A stretch of DNA of 64,000 nt, from NCBI GenBank assembly GCA_048128005.1, contig JBEUKZ010000019.1, forward strand, positions 620,001-684,000, written 5' to 3'. Source of the DNA: Veleropilina oligotropha (lineage: Eukaryota). This document shows, piece after piece, positions 14,329 to 27,998 of this stretch. Numbering within the stretch: the stretch's first letter is position 1; every line of letters begins with the position of its first letter. A program made the translations under genes and the position numbers. Under the pieces are notes generated by a model. It ran no database searches. It worked only from the letters and a program-made list of their open reading frames with translations, and had not been told where the DNA came from.

Positions 14329-15445
14329 GTTATCTGCGTCCTGTTGTCTAGGCCGTTCTCATTATCTCTGTGTCATGTTGTCTAGGCCGTCCTCATCTGT
14401 GCGTCCTGTTGTCTAGGCTGTTCTCATTATCTGTGCATCCTGTTGTCTAGGCCGTTCTCATTATCTGTGCGTCCTGTTGTCTAGGCCGTTTTCATTATCT
14501 GTGGGTCCTGTTGTCTAGGCCGTTCTCACTATCTGTGCGTCCTGTTGTCTAGGCCGTTCTCATTATCTGTGCGTCCTGTTGTCTAGATCGTTCTCATTAT
14601 CTGTGCGTCCTGTTGTCTAAGCCGTTCTCATTATCTGTGCGTCATGTTGTCTAGGCTGTTCTCATTATCTGTGCGTCCTGTTGTCTAGGCCGTTCTCATT
14701 ATCTGTGCGTCCTGTTGTCTAGGCCGTTCTCATTATCTGTGCGTCCTGTTGTCTAGGCTGTTCTCATTATCTGTGCGTCCTGTTGTCTAGGCTGTTCTCA
14801 TTATCTGTGCGTCCTGTTGTTTAGGCCGTTCTCATTATCTGTGCGTCCTGTTGTCTAGGCCGTTCTCATTATCTGTGCGTCCTGTTGTCTAGGCTGTTCT
14901 CATTATCTGTGCGTCCTGTTGTCTAGGCTGTTCTCATTATCTGTGCATCCTGTTGTCTAGGCCGTTGTCATTATCTGTGCATCCTGTTGTCTAGGCCGTT
15001 CTCATTATCTGTGCGTCCTGTTGTCTAGATCGTTCTCATTATCTGTGCGTCCTGTTGTCTAGGCCGTTCTCATTATCTGTGCATCCTGTTGTCTAGGCCG
15101 TTCTCATTATCTGTGTGTCCTGTTGTCTAGGCTGTTCTCATTATCTGTGCATCCTGTTGTCTAGGCCGTTGTCATTATCTGTGCATCCTGTTGTCTAGGC
15201 CGTTGTCATTATCTGTGCATCCTGTTGTCTAGGCCGTTGTCATTATCTGTGCGTCCTGTTGTTTAGGCCGTTCTCATTATCTGTGCGTCCTGTTGTCTAG
15301 GCCGTTCTCATGATCTGTGCGTCCTGTTGTCTAGATCGTTCTCATTATCTGTGCATCCTGTTGTCTAGATCGTTCTCATTATCTGTGCGTCCTGTTGTCT
15401 AGGCTGTTCTCATTATCTGTGTGTCCTGTTGTGTAGGCCGTTCTC
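14329..15445 (+). repeat. 34-bp minisatellite, ~33 copies, whose unit spans the intron/exon junction of the FAM120 exon at 15437
   Basis: Unit attatctgtgcgtcctgttgtctag|gccgttctc; the last unit runs directly into the exon (gtgtag|gccgttctcccgtg). Confidence 0.95.
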
Positions 15446-15563
15446 CCGTGGACTCCCGAGGCGGTCAGCTGGAGGTGGCTGGAGTGGTGGTGGGCAGCTG
15501 GGGGGCCAACATGTCCAATCGCGGCCGCGGCTACGTCAACTCCCCGATAATGGCTGCCAGAAG
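15437..15563 (+). CDS. FAM120A: FAM120A/C-like exon (GRSPVDSRGGQLEVAGVVVGSWGAN...)
   Basis: gtgtag| acceptor and |gtatgg donor; phase 1 to 2; contains the conserved GGxLExAGxVVGxW motif of the FAM120A/C C-terminus. Confidence 0.9.
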
Positions 15564-15950
15564 GTATGGGCGGATGATTTACAATATACTTTAGAATTTA
15601 ATTTTGTATATTATTTTTTTGTCTCGCCGAAGTAGAAAGGGCATATTTTACTGTACAGTCCGTAGGATTGTAATCAGTGCCATTGTACAAATCTCTTAAT
15701 TTACTCGCCTGACTGCAATATGATTATATCTAAGAGCTAGGAGTTGATTCAATGGAGGTATTTTTTGTTCAGATGCCAGACACATTTGCCCGTAACTGGC
15801 CAGTGAAGGCACAATTTTTTCCAGGCGACCAAGCTTTCCTTCTGTAATAATATGGACAAGTTCTGGTACGAACTTCAAAGATGTTAACATGGATATAATG
15901 CATATTAAGCATGTAACGATTAACTTTCACATCGTGCATTCTGTATTCAG

Positions 15951-16038
15951 GTCTGCGATGACTCGAGGAGTGGTCTCCACTAGAGCGCGAGGCGGCCCAC
16001 CGATGTATGGGTTTCCCAGAGGGGGCATGAGGCCAGTG
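15951..16038 (+). CDS. FAM120A: FAM120A/C-like exon (RG/RGG-rich)
   Basis: tattcag| acceptor and |gtaagt donor; phase 2 to 0, compatible with both neighbours; RSAMTRGVVSTRARGGPPMYGFPRGGMRPV. Confidence 0.82.
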
Positions 16039-16060
16039 GTAAGTAGTGTGGTTAGTACTT

Positions 16061-17413
16061 CGGTGGATTCCACTTAATAGCATATTTCGGATATTTGCAT
16101 AAAATCTGCAGGAACAGAGTAGTTTACTATTATTATCATATGCAAATAATCGCTTAATTGCATGCATAATTACCAGATTTTCTAAAGATGTTTATTCAAC
16201 AGTAAAATTCGAAGTTTTACCATTTCTGCAACCTCGTGGGTTTCAAAATATTTTTTACTTCCGGAAAAATTAGGAACTGAGAGTTCGGTAAACATCGTTT
16301 CAGTGCAAAAATGTTACGGAAATCAGTGATGTCAATCGGGGATATTATGGGATGGCAGACATCTATCGATAAAGTGGATAATCAGATTAAATATCTATTG
16401 TCCTGAGTCCAAATGACAGACTTTTGGGTTTATCTGAACACAAAATCAAAGATTAGGCTTACGAATCATTGTAAAAGGTGCCGTTACATGTATTCATGTG
16501 AACATCACTTAGTTCGCCGATAAATAACATAATTATAAGACAACAACAAAATGTGTCTTCTTACAAAAATTCAAAATATCTCCCTTGATTTGGTTTTGTA
16601 AACGTAGCATCGTCGTTAAGAACTATGATGATTTAATTATTATTTTAATTTATATATGAAGACAACGTCTTATAAGTTTTTTTTATGCCACCACCAATTT
16701 ATTGGGGTGGCATTTAGATTTACTCTTGTCCGTCCCGTCCGTCCGTCCCGTCCGTCCCGTCCGTCCCGAAACCAGTATTTGCGTGTAAGCAACTCCAATC
16801 TGCTATAACTTCTATTTGCCTTCATGGATTGACTTTATACGTTGTACACTGCCCCTATGGTCAAGGCTGCCAGTGGGGGTATTCGTGTCCGATGGACATA
16901 TTTCTAGTTATATCATATCATAATATACTGAAATAATTAAATATCGCTAGAAATAATTATTCAATAATTGTAAAAACAAATCGATTCGAGATTAAAACAG
17001 GCTAAATTTTCAACATGGCGGCCGATAACGCGACACGTGTTCAGCAGTAGAGAAACGTTCAGAATATGAATTTTCACACCATAGTAATCTTTGAAATGCG
17101 ACGATACGCTTTCGAAACATATATCAATTTTACTGAAACAGGCTAGCCACCGTCAGGTCAGAATAACCACAAAATATTGTGTATACACTCCGTATTCATT
17201 GAAGGAAAAATACATTATGCAAATTCTTTGCAAATTAATTTATTACCAGGACATATATTTATAATAAAGAACCATTTTAAATACAAGTAATTATCATCGA
17301 TGATTTCCGGCGAAAAACAATTTCCGAAATTTACGGAACGGTTAAACGCATAATCCGGTTAATTGCATAAATAATCGCGACAATGTCGCTATGCAAATAT
17401 GTGGAATCCACTG
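16061..17413. mobile_element. Non-autonomous pogo/Tc1-like TIR element
   Basis: TIR cggtggattccac / gtggaatccactg followed by TA; contains the HINE-like insert at 16678; a related end lies at ~18190. Confidence 0.6.
16678..16909 (+). mobile_element. Short HINE-like element
   Basis: Near-identical to 8287-8507; inserted in a T-run. Confidence 0.75.
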
Positions 17414-17775
17414 TATCAGGTTTATCCAACTAATACCTTGAAAATAGCTACACAATTTTTAACGAAGAAGTTTGTCTAGTGTTATATTTTTGACCAAATC
17501 TTCGGCGCAGTGGTTATTGCATCGCTAGAAATCTATTGGCCTGGCTGTTGCTGCTTCCGAACTTTGCGGTCCTCTTACAGTCGAAGTTATAAGTCATATA
17601 ACAAGCAGAGATGAATGGGTGGGTGTCTGGGCTTGCCTCCCGTGATAATATGGTAATGTCCCAATATGATCATAGATGTTAAAATCAGACAACATAATTT
17701 ATTGTTCTTTGGAATATGCCAGTTCATTCATTTTCGTAATTTCAATCTCTCATGTCAGTGACATTTTATTTGCAG

Positions 17776-17915
17776 TATGCTAGCCGTGGTCAAGAGATGG
17801 CATTTCGTGCTGGGAAGCGACCAATTAAGATGCGTCCTCGTCCAAACCGCGGCCGATCAGGCACTGCCAAACCGCTGAACATGGGGCGTGGGTGCACCGT
17901 CGAAACCATCGGCGA
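17776..17915 (+). CDS. FAM120A: FAM120A/C-like exon (basic, Arg-rich)
   Basis: tttgcag| acceptor and |gtaagt donor; phase 0 to 2; YASRGQEMAFRAGKRPIKMRPRPNRGRSG...; GC-rich island in AT-rich intron. Confidence 0.78.
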
Positions 17916-18859
17916 GTAAGTGCCTTTCTTGAGATTTTGTTTCAGTTTCATTGCCATGTCCGCAGTGATGTCTTGTGTGTGCTCTTCAGTCGCAGTTCTT
18001 ATCTGATTTGCATCAAATTTGATGCACACAATATATATGATGAGGACGGGACAGTAGACATTTTTAAGTCTGTAGACTTATATCCACTTTTCTGAAATGT
18101 TCAAAAAATCGACGTTTTGTCCAATGACATTGATTGCTAAGCCAATCATTTGTTGAGTTTAATGACAGGCTACTGCCAGTAACTGATACAGACGATTCCA
18201 CTTAATAAGATACCTGTTATTAACTAAAGATATTTCGCTTATTAGCATAAAATTGTCAAACACAGAACCCTTTATTATTATTCATGTATAAAATATGTCT
18301 GTTAATAAGATAGCTTAAAAAAATAGTTATTATCGGTGAATAACAAGAAACTTTTTCGGGATGTTGGTATAAAATATACTATTCGATGATATCTTGACAT
18401 AAATATTCTTATTGGATTAGAAATTTCCCCTGATTGTCAAAGTCGCATTCACTGGCAGCCTAATTAGCTTTTGCCTAGGACAACTTGAAAGGTCGCATGT
18501 CATTTTCATGCAAATTACAATACGGAAATACAGTTCACAGATGCATTGCAATTTTACAGTCTGAATAAACATTTATTGTCAACAAACCTGGAAAAGTAAA
18601 GAATAAATGCTATGTATAGTAAGTTGTTGTTGTTTTAAGCCATGCCGCATGTTTTTGTCTGCCTCCATGAAACATCGGGTCAAAGGTCCTTAATTGGGAT
18701 CGTTCATTGTGTTAACGTGGATTACTGTCATGCAAGTTGGCCGAAAACATGGCAAATCGTTTATTTGTGTAAAAAAAATAAAAATAATGATGTGTGTGTA
18801 ATTAATAAACAATGGAGAGTTGGTCCAAGTTGTCAATTGTACTTGAACAGCATTAGCCC

Positions 18860-19713
18860 AAAGTAAACATCACGTGTGTAGGCCTCCCGAGGATATCAAA
18901 GTAAACATCACGTGTGTAGGCCTCCCGAGGATATCAAAGTAATCATCACGTGTGTAGGCTTCCCGAGGATATCAAAGTAATCATCACGTGTGTAGGCCTC
19001 CCAACGATATCAAAGTAAACATCACGTGTGTAGGCCTCCCGAGGATATCAAAGTAATCATCACGTGTGTAGGCCTCCTGACGATATCAAAGTAAACATCA
19101 CGTGTGTAGGCCTCCCAAGGATATCAAAGTAATCATCACGTGTGTAGGCCTCCCAAGGATATCAAAGTAAACATCACGTGTGTAGGCCTCCCAAGGATAT
19201 CAAAGTAAACATCACGTGTGTAGGCCTCCCGAGGATATCAAAGTAATCATCACGTGTGTAGGCATTCTGAGGATATCAAAGTAATCATCACGTGTGTAGG
19301 CCTCCCGAGGATATCAAAGTAATCATCACGTGTGTAGGCCTCCCGAGGTAGGCCTCCCGAGGATATCAAAGTAATCATCACGTGTGTAGGCCTCCCGAGC
19401 ATATCAAAGTAAACATCACGTGTGTAGGCCTCCCAAGGATATCAAAGTAATCATCACGTGTGTAGGCCTCCCGACGATATCAAAGTAAACATCACGTGTG
19501 TAGGCCTCCCAAGGATATCAAAGTAATCATCACGTGTGTAGGCCTCCCAAGGATATCAAAGTAAACATCACGTGTGTAGGCCTCCCAAGGATATCAAAGT
19601 AAACATCACGTGTGTAGGCCTCCCGAGGATATCAAAGTAATCATCACGTGTGTAGGCATTCTGAGGATATCAAAGTAATCATCACGTGTGTAGGCCTCCC
19701 GAGGATATCAAAG
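18860..19713. repeat. 38-bp minisatellite, ~22 copies, intronic
   Basis: Unit aaagtaa(a/t)catcacgtgtgtaggcctcccgaggatatc. Confidence 0.95.
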
Positions 19714-20414
19714 CGGTCGATAGGATTAATTTCTTGCCCTTTTCACTAGCGTGTATTTTCGTATGATAATTAAAGCTTCCTAATCGGTTTGCCACCTTTG
19801 TTTAATCAGTCCAACATCTCTGTTAATTTGTCAACAGTTCATAATTAAAAGTCAACACGCAATGTGTGAAGCAACCATTTCTTGTTAACACCCTCCCTTT
19901 GATTGACCTTTCAGGTCACACACAAATGTCATTATTGCACCATCAAACTTGGAGTCCAAACATAGAACCAGATTTATTTTCTTTGGTCAAAATTGTCAGT
20001 AAAATAACGTTGTTTTAGTCAACAAAAGCAGCTAGACTCGATTATAACATATAAATAATATGGTTGACATCGCGACATGTAGGGTCAAATGGCATGCTAA
20101 GGGAGGGTTTATTCTGTGTTGTGCATGTAACTTTTGACTGAGGAATGAATAACTATCAAATAACTAAGAACAATAAATATTAATGGTTGTACAAATGTTT
20201 ATTTTTGCAATATATTACATGATAATATGGATACATGTTGTCATTAATATAGCATATATAAATATACTAGTTTCATCGGGATATAATTGTACTCCCTGCC
20301 GACATTTCTGCCATGTTGATGTGGGACCGATACGAGCACATGGAGGCCGATATCTTTCTGATCAAATACAAGTTAGAATGCCTGAAACATTTTTATTACT
20401 TGAAGTATGTTTAA

Positions 20415-21414
20415 CCCTTAACCGACGATTCCCGACTTTCTACAACACCTATATCTCAATGCTTAATACTTCGTAAATATTCGGAAATCTTCGGATATTT
20501 TCGGGTCATTTCGTTCGTGAATGATCGGGCTACATCCTGGTGCTTTTAAATCCACAATGGCGACAGGTTAGGTATAGTTAATCGATGTTTGAAATAAAGT
20601 TTTAAGGCTTGAAAGTGGCAATTTTTCATCGGATTTTTTGCTTTTGATAAACGACATGTGTTTTTACATTTAGTTTGAATTATTTGTAATGGAATATTAT
20701 TAACTTGTGGCCTAAAAGGCGGATTTTGAACTCTGAAGTGACAATTGATATTTGCGGCTTTGACATTTCTGAATCTATAAGAGAGTGACACTTTTGAGGA
20801 TGATATCGAGAATTGAAATGGAGATTATGAGTGGTATGATCTATCGGTGGACTATTCTTGTACTTGGTTTTATTTAATTATTAACAATAATAAATCATAT
20901 AGGCCTAATGGTTAAATATTGCTGTTAATGTATAAATTTTATATTTGATATAATGTACGTTTGTAGCAAGAAGGCCTATTTCACATTGCTGTGTTGAGTT
21001 TCTTCATACACCTGCGGGATATTTTTTTCAAAATCAGACATGAAGACATCATATTGACATAAGATATTCTTTATTATTATACACCAATTTATATTACAAA
21101 CACAAAGAATACATCAACATGCATCTAAAAAATATAACATACATATGTAACGCATTTGTTTATCAAATATTTTCTGAATTGACATGTATAGTGAATATTC
21201 CCAAAATACCTGAGAATAAAAGGTAAAAGTGATCAATTATGCAAATTTTTTAATCTACAAAAAAATTTCAACGCAGTATTATATAGCCTATTCAATTATC
21301 TTTCAGAAAATATTAAGTATATGTGCTTGCAAGCAATATTTTATATGGTATAGTACATTATCCATGACAAGCTATATACCTCACATTCCGTAAAATTTGG
21401 CTGGCGGTTAAGGG
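20415..21414. mobile_element. Non-autonomous piggyBac-like element
   Basis: TTAA|cccttaaccg ... cggttaaggg|TTAA. Confidence 0.85.
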
Positions 21415-21810
21415 TTAACAAGACTCAAATAAGAGTAACTAACAGCATTATTTTGAAATTATTTACGAAACATAGCAACTTATTTCAGTGCGTATTTAAA
21501 CAGATATTACAATGCACCAATCCAGATTTATGCTAAAAAATCGTGCCATTCGGATAATAAGATAGTTCGGTTAATAGCAAGTTTTAGTCTGACAAAGTAC
21601 CTATGTTATTAAGCGGAATCGTCTGTAGTATGGTCATTTAATTGATTGAACTCTGCCAATGGGGACAAGGCCATAAAATCTTAGCTTGAAGACAGACTCC
21701 ATAAACACACAGATAGAATCTCTTCTCATGAATGAGTTCAAAGGGCCTACTACTAACCAAGGAATATATTTCTTGTTGACAATGTGTAATATTGAAAAAC
21801 ACATGTTTAA

Positions 21811-23605
21811 CTCTTTAGCATTTAAACCGTCCGAAAGCGGCCGCGAAAATATGACTTCATTATGTTTAAACCGGCCGAACCCGACCGCTATTTCAAATTT
21901 ATGCTCAGGATACATAAAACTTTTATGGGACCCCAGATATCGCCTTTGCGAGAGTTTAGCGAGAGCCAGTATGTCGCCATTTGCAAATCGCAGAAAACTC
22001 ACTGGAAAATACGTTTTGGGCCAATTTTTTCGATTAAAAGTCATTTTTACCCGAGCGCGAATGCTGTACGTTTATCGGAATGGATATTAACGACTCTGAA
22101 TCGGATTTGGATGGTATTTTAGTAGAAAATGTTATCGAAGCGATGGAAAATGCAACGGAGATATTAGGATGAACTTGACAGAGAATTTGACATCGATATT
22201 TTTAACTTAGGCAGCGATGAAGGTAAACCGAATTGCGGAATAGCGAAGCCACTTCAAACGAAAATAGCCACAAGGACGACAGTTTGACCTCCGAGTGGTA
22301 TTTCGGAACTTTTACATGAATTTTTAATACTGCACTTTACAGTACGGCATGGACCAACGTATATGTAATCGGTAGATGCTAAGTTATTTTTTCTTTCCAA
22401 CCAGAATCTTTTTGGAAAACAAATAGGTAGGCAAACGAAAGTCGAAAGATTGACCATAGCGCAAATTCAAGATGGCGGCCACCAAAGGCAGGTTACGACT
22501 TGCTTCAAAATAAGTAATATGATAGGCAGGCCTATTCAACGAAAACTCCATGATAGGAATTCAAATTAACTCTCTTGTAGTTCCATGATTCTCTATCGAA
22601 CTAATTTAATAAGCATTATGTAACGATTATGATGTTATTGTTAACCTATTTATTACCTGTAATATATTTAACCTGTAATTATTTAATGTATTGGCCTAAG
22701 TATAATTTTTAGATCATTGGTATGCCAAATGTCCAATAAACACTCGTTTTATTTTTTCATGCCAAATTATAAATATTGCTGTTGTTCAGCTGTTTATTTG
22801 CTTTGAATTCACATAAAGTCACTGTGAGAATATCATATGCCTACCTGTATTACCAAAACCTGCAATTAAAAACTATGATATCAGATACCCACTGGCCAGT
22901 TATTTTTTATAATTTCATAACTAATATGCGTGCCATTAGAATTTCATGGATATTTGATATATAATACAATAGCACAAGGACTTTTACAATACTTTTATTT
23001 TAATTTCCTGAAATACCTGTAAATTCTGTTGCTTACCTGGTATTATCTGATTTCGGACAAGATATCTTTTGGAATTTGAGGTACATTTTGATGCAGCAAC
23101 AACTTAAACACTTTCCATTACATTTCCCCAAGCAAAATTATAAATGTTGCAGTTGTACAGTTGTTTATTTGCATTGAATTCACATGCAGGCACTGTGTTA
23201 ATATCATATGACAGACTACCTGTATTACCTGCAAGAAATTACTATGATACCCAGTTATTTTTTCTCATTTCATAACTAATATATATGTGCCATTAGGATT
23301 TGATAAAATACAACAACACAAGAACTAATATAATACTTTTATTGTAAATTTCTTCCTGAAATAACCTGTAAATTCTGCTACTCACCTATTATTACCTGGG
23401 TTTGGACACGATATCTTTTGAAATATGAGGTGCATTTTGATGCAGCAATGACATATGCTGAATGTGATAAAGTTTAATTAATCTATGACAGACATTTTTC
23501 AAATTGTGGTGCATAGAAGAAGTATGACCATTTTAGTCAATATTTTGGTTATTAATGTGAATACATAGGCTATATAAGTCGATTGGTAATGTAAATGCTA
23601 AAGGG
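21811..23605. mobile_element. Non-autonomous piggyBac-like element, second family, with an internal direct repeat of roughly 350 bp
   Basis: TTAA|ctctttagcattta ... taaatgctaaaggg|TTAA; acidic coding remnant (DINDSESDLDG) near 22083. Confidence 0.8.
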
Positions 23606-24519
23606 TTAAAGTAAATTAACCATTATATCATTTATAATGTATATATTTTCTTCTAATTATGTCAATACATTTTAATTGTCTACAGAAAGTTAATAAAATA
23701 TCCATTATATTTAAAATAGAAAATAGATGGATCATACTGCTACAACTCGTTGAAGTGATATCAACTAGCTGATATTTAATATCTGGTGGACTTGTCAAAT
23801 TTTGATTAGGCTTCCAAAAAGATGGCAGTCAATGGCTGTGTTGATAAAATTTTATGGCTGGCCAGCCATCATCATATTTACTATTACTGACCCATTTTGG
23901 GTATATTATCAGAGATATTTCATTCACGATAATCGCAATTAATAATATGGAAAGGCTTATTGTAAATGGTAAATAAACTGATGAAAAACTAATAGTAAAT
24001 GGCATTAAGTGTAATTATCTAAAACCATTTAGACACTTTCGTTTTCTGTAAATTCGGACCAGAAAATAGTGAGTCGGGCAACAAAATTTGCCATGAAGGT
24101 CCAATGCTCAATTTGTTATCTGCAACCATGCTGTTGTTATCTCCAACCGCTGTTTTGTATGTTATTAAAAATACTACTTTGTAAGCTACTGCAAAGAGTA
24201 TGTTTGTGTTGCGAAATCAATACTCTGTCGCTTTCCGACTTTTGGTGCTTAAGCACTTTCATTGCATTTAAGATTGCTTTCGTGAGAGGGGATATATCCC
24301 TCAAGTTTTTTTTGTCTTGACCTTTTTGACAAAAAAGGACAAGACATTATCAAATGGTCCGTGTGTATATACTTTATATATATATATATATATATATCCG
24401 CTGATTTTCTCGAAAACTACTAAACCAATTACCCTGAAAATTGGTACACACATTCCCAAGATTATTTGTAGGTCGTGTATATAACTTTCGCGACATAATT
24501 TTGCAAAAATATGCATATT

Positions 24520-25873
24520 GAATATTGAATCGGAAATGAAATTGGTTCTATGTGGTGTTCCACAGGGGTCTATTCTGGGACCGTTACTATTTATATTATA
24601 TATTAATGACCTAGCAAAGACATCTTCCCTACTTAAATTTTTATTATTTGCCGACGACACTAACATATTTTGTAGCCACAAAAACTTTCACACTATGATG
24701 AGTATTGTCAATGAGGAAGTAGAAAAGGTTAACTTGTGGTTCAAAATAAACAAATTATCATTAAATGTAAAGAAAACGAATTATATAATCTTCTCATCAA
24801 TAAATAAACAGTATAACATGAATGAGACTTCACTAACTATTAACGGCTCCACAGTGAAGCAAGTGATCAAGGCCAAATTTCTAGGAGTCACTATTGATGA
24901 ACACTTAAATTGGAGAGCACACATACGAAATATTGAATCGAAGATAGACAAAAGTATAGGTATTTTATGTAAACTAAGAGAATCACTTCCGTCGTACATA
25001 TTTCCAACATTATATTCTAGTCTGATCCTACCATATTTCCAATATTGCACCCTAGTATGGGCCAGTACCTATAAATCACGACTAGAAAAACTATTCCTAC
25101 TTCAAAAATGAGCAATACGAATTGTCTCGTGCTCCTCATACCTTCAGCACTCCAACCCTCTATTTTACAGGCAGCGGCAGCTCACCATATTTGATATATA
25201 TAAATGACAACTTGGTACGTTCATGTACCAGTTTCACCAAAATAAACTACCATCCTCTTTTAAAACATACTTCATTAAAAACTCACAAGTCCACAACTAT
25301 TACACCAGAAATAGAAACAATTACCATTTAATTCCATGTAGAACAAACATCAGATTATTTTCTATAAAATATCAAGGCCCTCGCCTCTGGAATTCTTTCT
25401 GGATATCCTTAAAAAATTTGGTATCCATCTCTAGTTTTAAAAATCTTTACAAAACACTGCTTGTAAATAACTACTTACTTATTGAACACTAATTATATTT
25501 GTGTGCGTATGTATATACTAGACATAATATGACAGTCACAACCTGGGCCCAATGTCGCAGGGCTGTCGTAGCTACGAGTGGTCATGGGTCCATATGATGC
25601 AATGATTAAAGTTATGATAATTGTAACGCTCTGCCATTGCAGCATGGGACTTGCGATCGATCGTGGCTTGCGAGAGCTTTGTAATATTGGCCCCAGGATG
25701 GTCTACTTATAAGCCCTAACAGGCTTCCAATTGATCTCCCACCCTTGCGTTACTCGTTATTTCTTTATGTCATGTTACAAAATATAGTTTTGTTACACTT
25801 CCATTATTGTATTATTCATGTTACAATGCTTTGGTAAATAAATCACTCATTCATTCATTCATTCATTCATTCA
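24520..25873 (+). mobile_element. 5'-truncated L2/CR1-type LINE (RT C-terminal half, disrupted), inserted in a HINE-like element (~24306-26090)
   Basis: GVPQGSILGPLLFILYINDL, FADDT, KFLGVTIDEHLNW; stop and frameshift near 25111; aaataaa then (cattt-like) (ttca)n tail; possible catatt TSD. Confidence 0.9.
25545..25694. mobile_element. Foldback MITE at a CCWGG site (Harbinger-like) in the LINE 3' UTR
   Basis: cctgggcccaat...attggccccagg with ~30 bp or more of imperfect inverted arms. Confidence 0.6.
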
Positions 25874-26879
25874 TATTTGTATATAGCGTATGTCTAATAT
25901 TGCAAGCAAATAGCAATGACGTCATTACGACGTCGCTTTAGATTAATCGTCATTTGGTGACGTCACAATCGACGGGGTAGTAAATTAAGCCATGAAGTAC
26001 TTGCACTTAGCCATTGTATTAACTGTTATGAAAATTTGAGGGAAATAAAGAAAGGTCAAGACATATTCCGAACGCGTCGTTTTTGTTATTCATTGACAAG
26101 TATTTTGCTAGGCATGTTTATTATATATTGCACTTATCTCCATTCCCAGCAATGTATGGTAGATATATAAAGTAGCTAATTCAATCTTGATTTTATGTTT
26201 GTTCTGGAAGATTTATGGCAGATAAAAAGTTGGATGTATGACTGCCATTAGGGTAATCATGGTATCCGTGACTATTGGCTCTAGTGCACCAAGATATTTC
26301 TTAAATATATCATCCATAAGTGAAATTAGGAATTATGTAATAGATAATTGTCACAAACTATACACTGTCAGCCTGAGCGATATATACACATAACAGACCG
26401 AGCGAGAGCAAGGTTGTTATGTTTATATCGCCAAGGGGTGGCAGTGCACATCGTGGAAATGTTTTGTAAATTGCAACCTTTCACCCCATTAAATTGCCCA
26501 ACATAACACGCTCATGGGGCGACATGAGAACATAATGCGCTCATGGGGTGACATCAGAAATCGACTCTTCCAAGTGGTCAAATCCTTTGTTACTCAATAT
26601 AGTCTGATTAACGAGCCGAATTAACCAATGTCTGGGTTGTTAATTGGAACAATGGGTCAATTAAAACTAGGAGGCCTATTGTATGTATGTAGTTTTGACA
26701 CTATGCTTGCAGCCAGCTGTAAGTAGTCAAATATGGCAAAATCATATCAAAAATTTGAGACAAACAGTTAAACATCGTCAAGTGTAGACGTGTGACACCA
26801 TTATTGATGATTTGGTAGACTGTTTTGAATTGTGTTCTTTGATCTTGGTTGACCATTGGTTCCTATCTTCTCTTTTCAG

Positions 26880-27081
26880 CGAGGCTGACGTGGTCCCGGT
26901 CAACCAAACGACGACCAGTCCAGACGAAATGGACGAAAGCATGAACGACTTTGCGGATGCCGACGAACTCCCAACCGTGAACGGCCTACCCAAGACGATG
27001 CTGAACTCCGATAGCGCACCCAGTCCTGACAGTGGAATTCTGGGAGACAAATCAACCGGCGAGCTAAACATCACTGCCTAA
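26880..27081 (+). CDS. FAM120A: Probable terminal coding exon of the FAM120A/C-like gene (acidic tail)
   Basis: Strong tcttctcttttcag| acceptor; phase 2 matches the previous exon (GA+C=Asp); ends ELNITA*; AT-rich UTR-like sequence follows. Confidence 0.75.
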
Positions 27082-27998
27082 TGGATCGCTGGTCCCAATC
27101 CGTGCTCATAGCTGCTCGCAGGAGATTGCATACTACCAGTGCTGATTTAAACCTCTATTATTCTTTCCTTGAAATATTTAATGAATTTTTTCTGTTTAAC
27201 TAATAAGGGCTTTTTCATTTATTATTTTTGTCTCCCACTCAAAGTTTGTGGTTCATTTGATAATTCTGGGGGGGGGGTCAGCATCAGATAATACTATCAC
27301 CTAAACACTGGGAATTTGTCCATATTTAGAAGAGGACAAACGTACAAATTCCAGGATAATTAAGACACTGAATAGGTGTACTGAACTATAGTAGCAGCAT
27401 GCTGCATATCTGTAAATCTCCGTCATTTTGCCCTAAAAACAAGGCTGCATATGTACATATTTCAAATCACCAACAGGCCTATGTTTATAACACGGATGTT
27501 TCCTCAATGTCAATATTTTATCTGTCAGTGGTTGCAGCAGAATTGAAATTATTATTTATTGATGCATGTTATGTTCAATGTTAATGAGAGAGAGTCCACT
27601 TGAAAAAAATATAGATATTGAATTTGATTGTCTTTTAATATTTTGCAACCCTTGGGAGGGGGGAATAATTTAAATGGAATAGCCCTATTTATAAACCTTA
27701 TTTACAGTTAATGCAAGTGTTTTGATCGATCTTAACAGCTGCCATGTGTGTTACCTTGCTGTATTCAGACGCACAAATTTAGACAATGATTACATTAAAT
27801 ATTCTATTAACGGTTATTTATCAATAATGTGTGTTGATCAAATGTAATGTCTGTTGCAGAACTGTCTTCTATATGTGTAATACACGTTAGGCATATTGTA
27901 TAGACAGTTATTTCCTTTTTGTTAAACGACAATATATAATGAAAGTTTCTTACCATATGTCAATGATTGAAACATTAATTATGCACAAATTAACTATG

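Noticed and set aside
18882..19713. 19-nt constitutive microexon of FAM120 within the 38-bp array
   Set aside because: The flanking exons (ending 17915 and starting 26880) already join in phase 2, so 19 nt would frameshift; the 19-nt spacers are too short to be introns.
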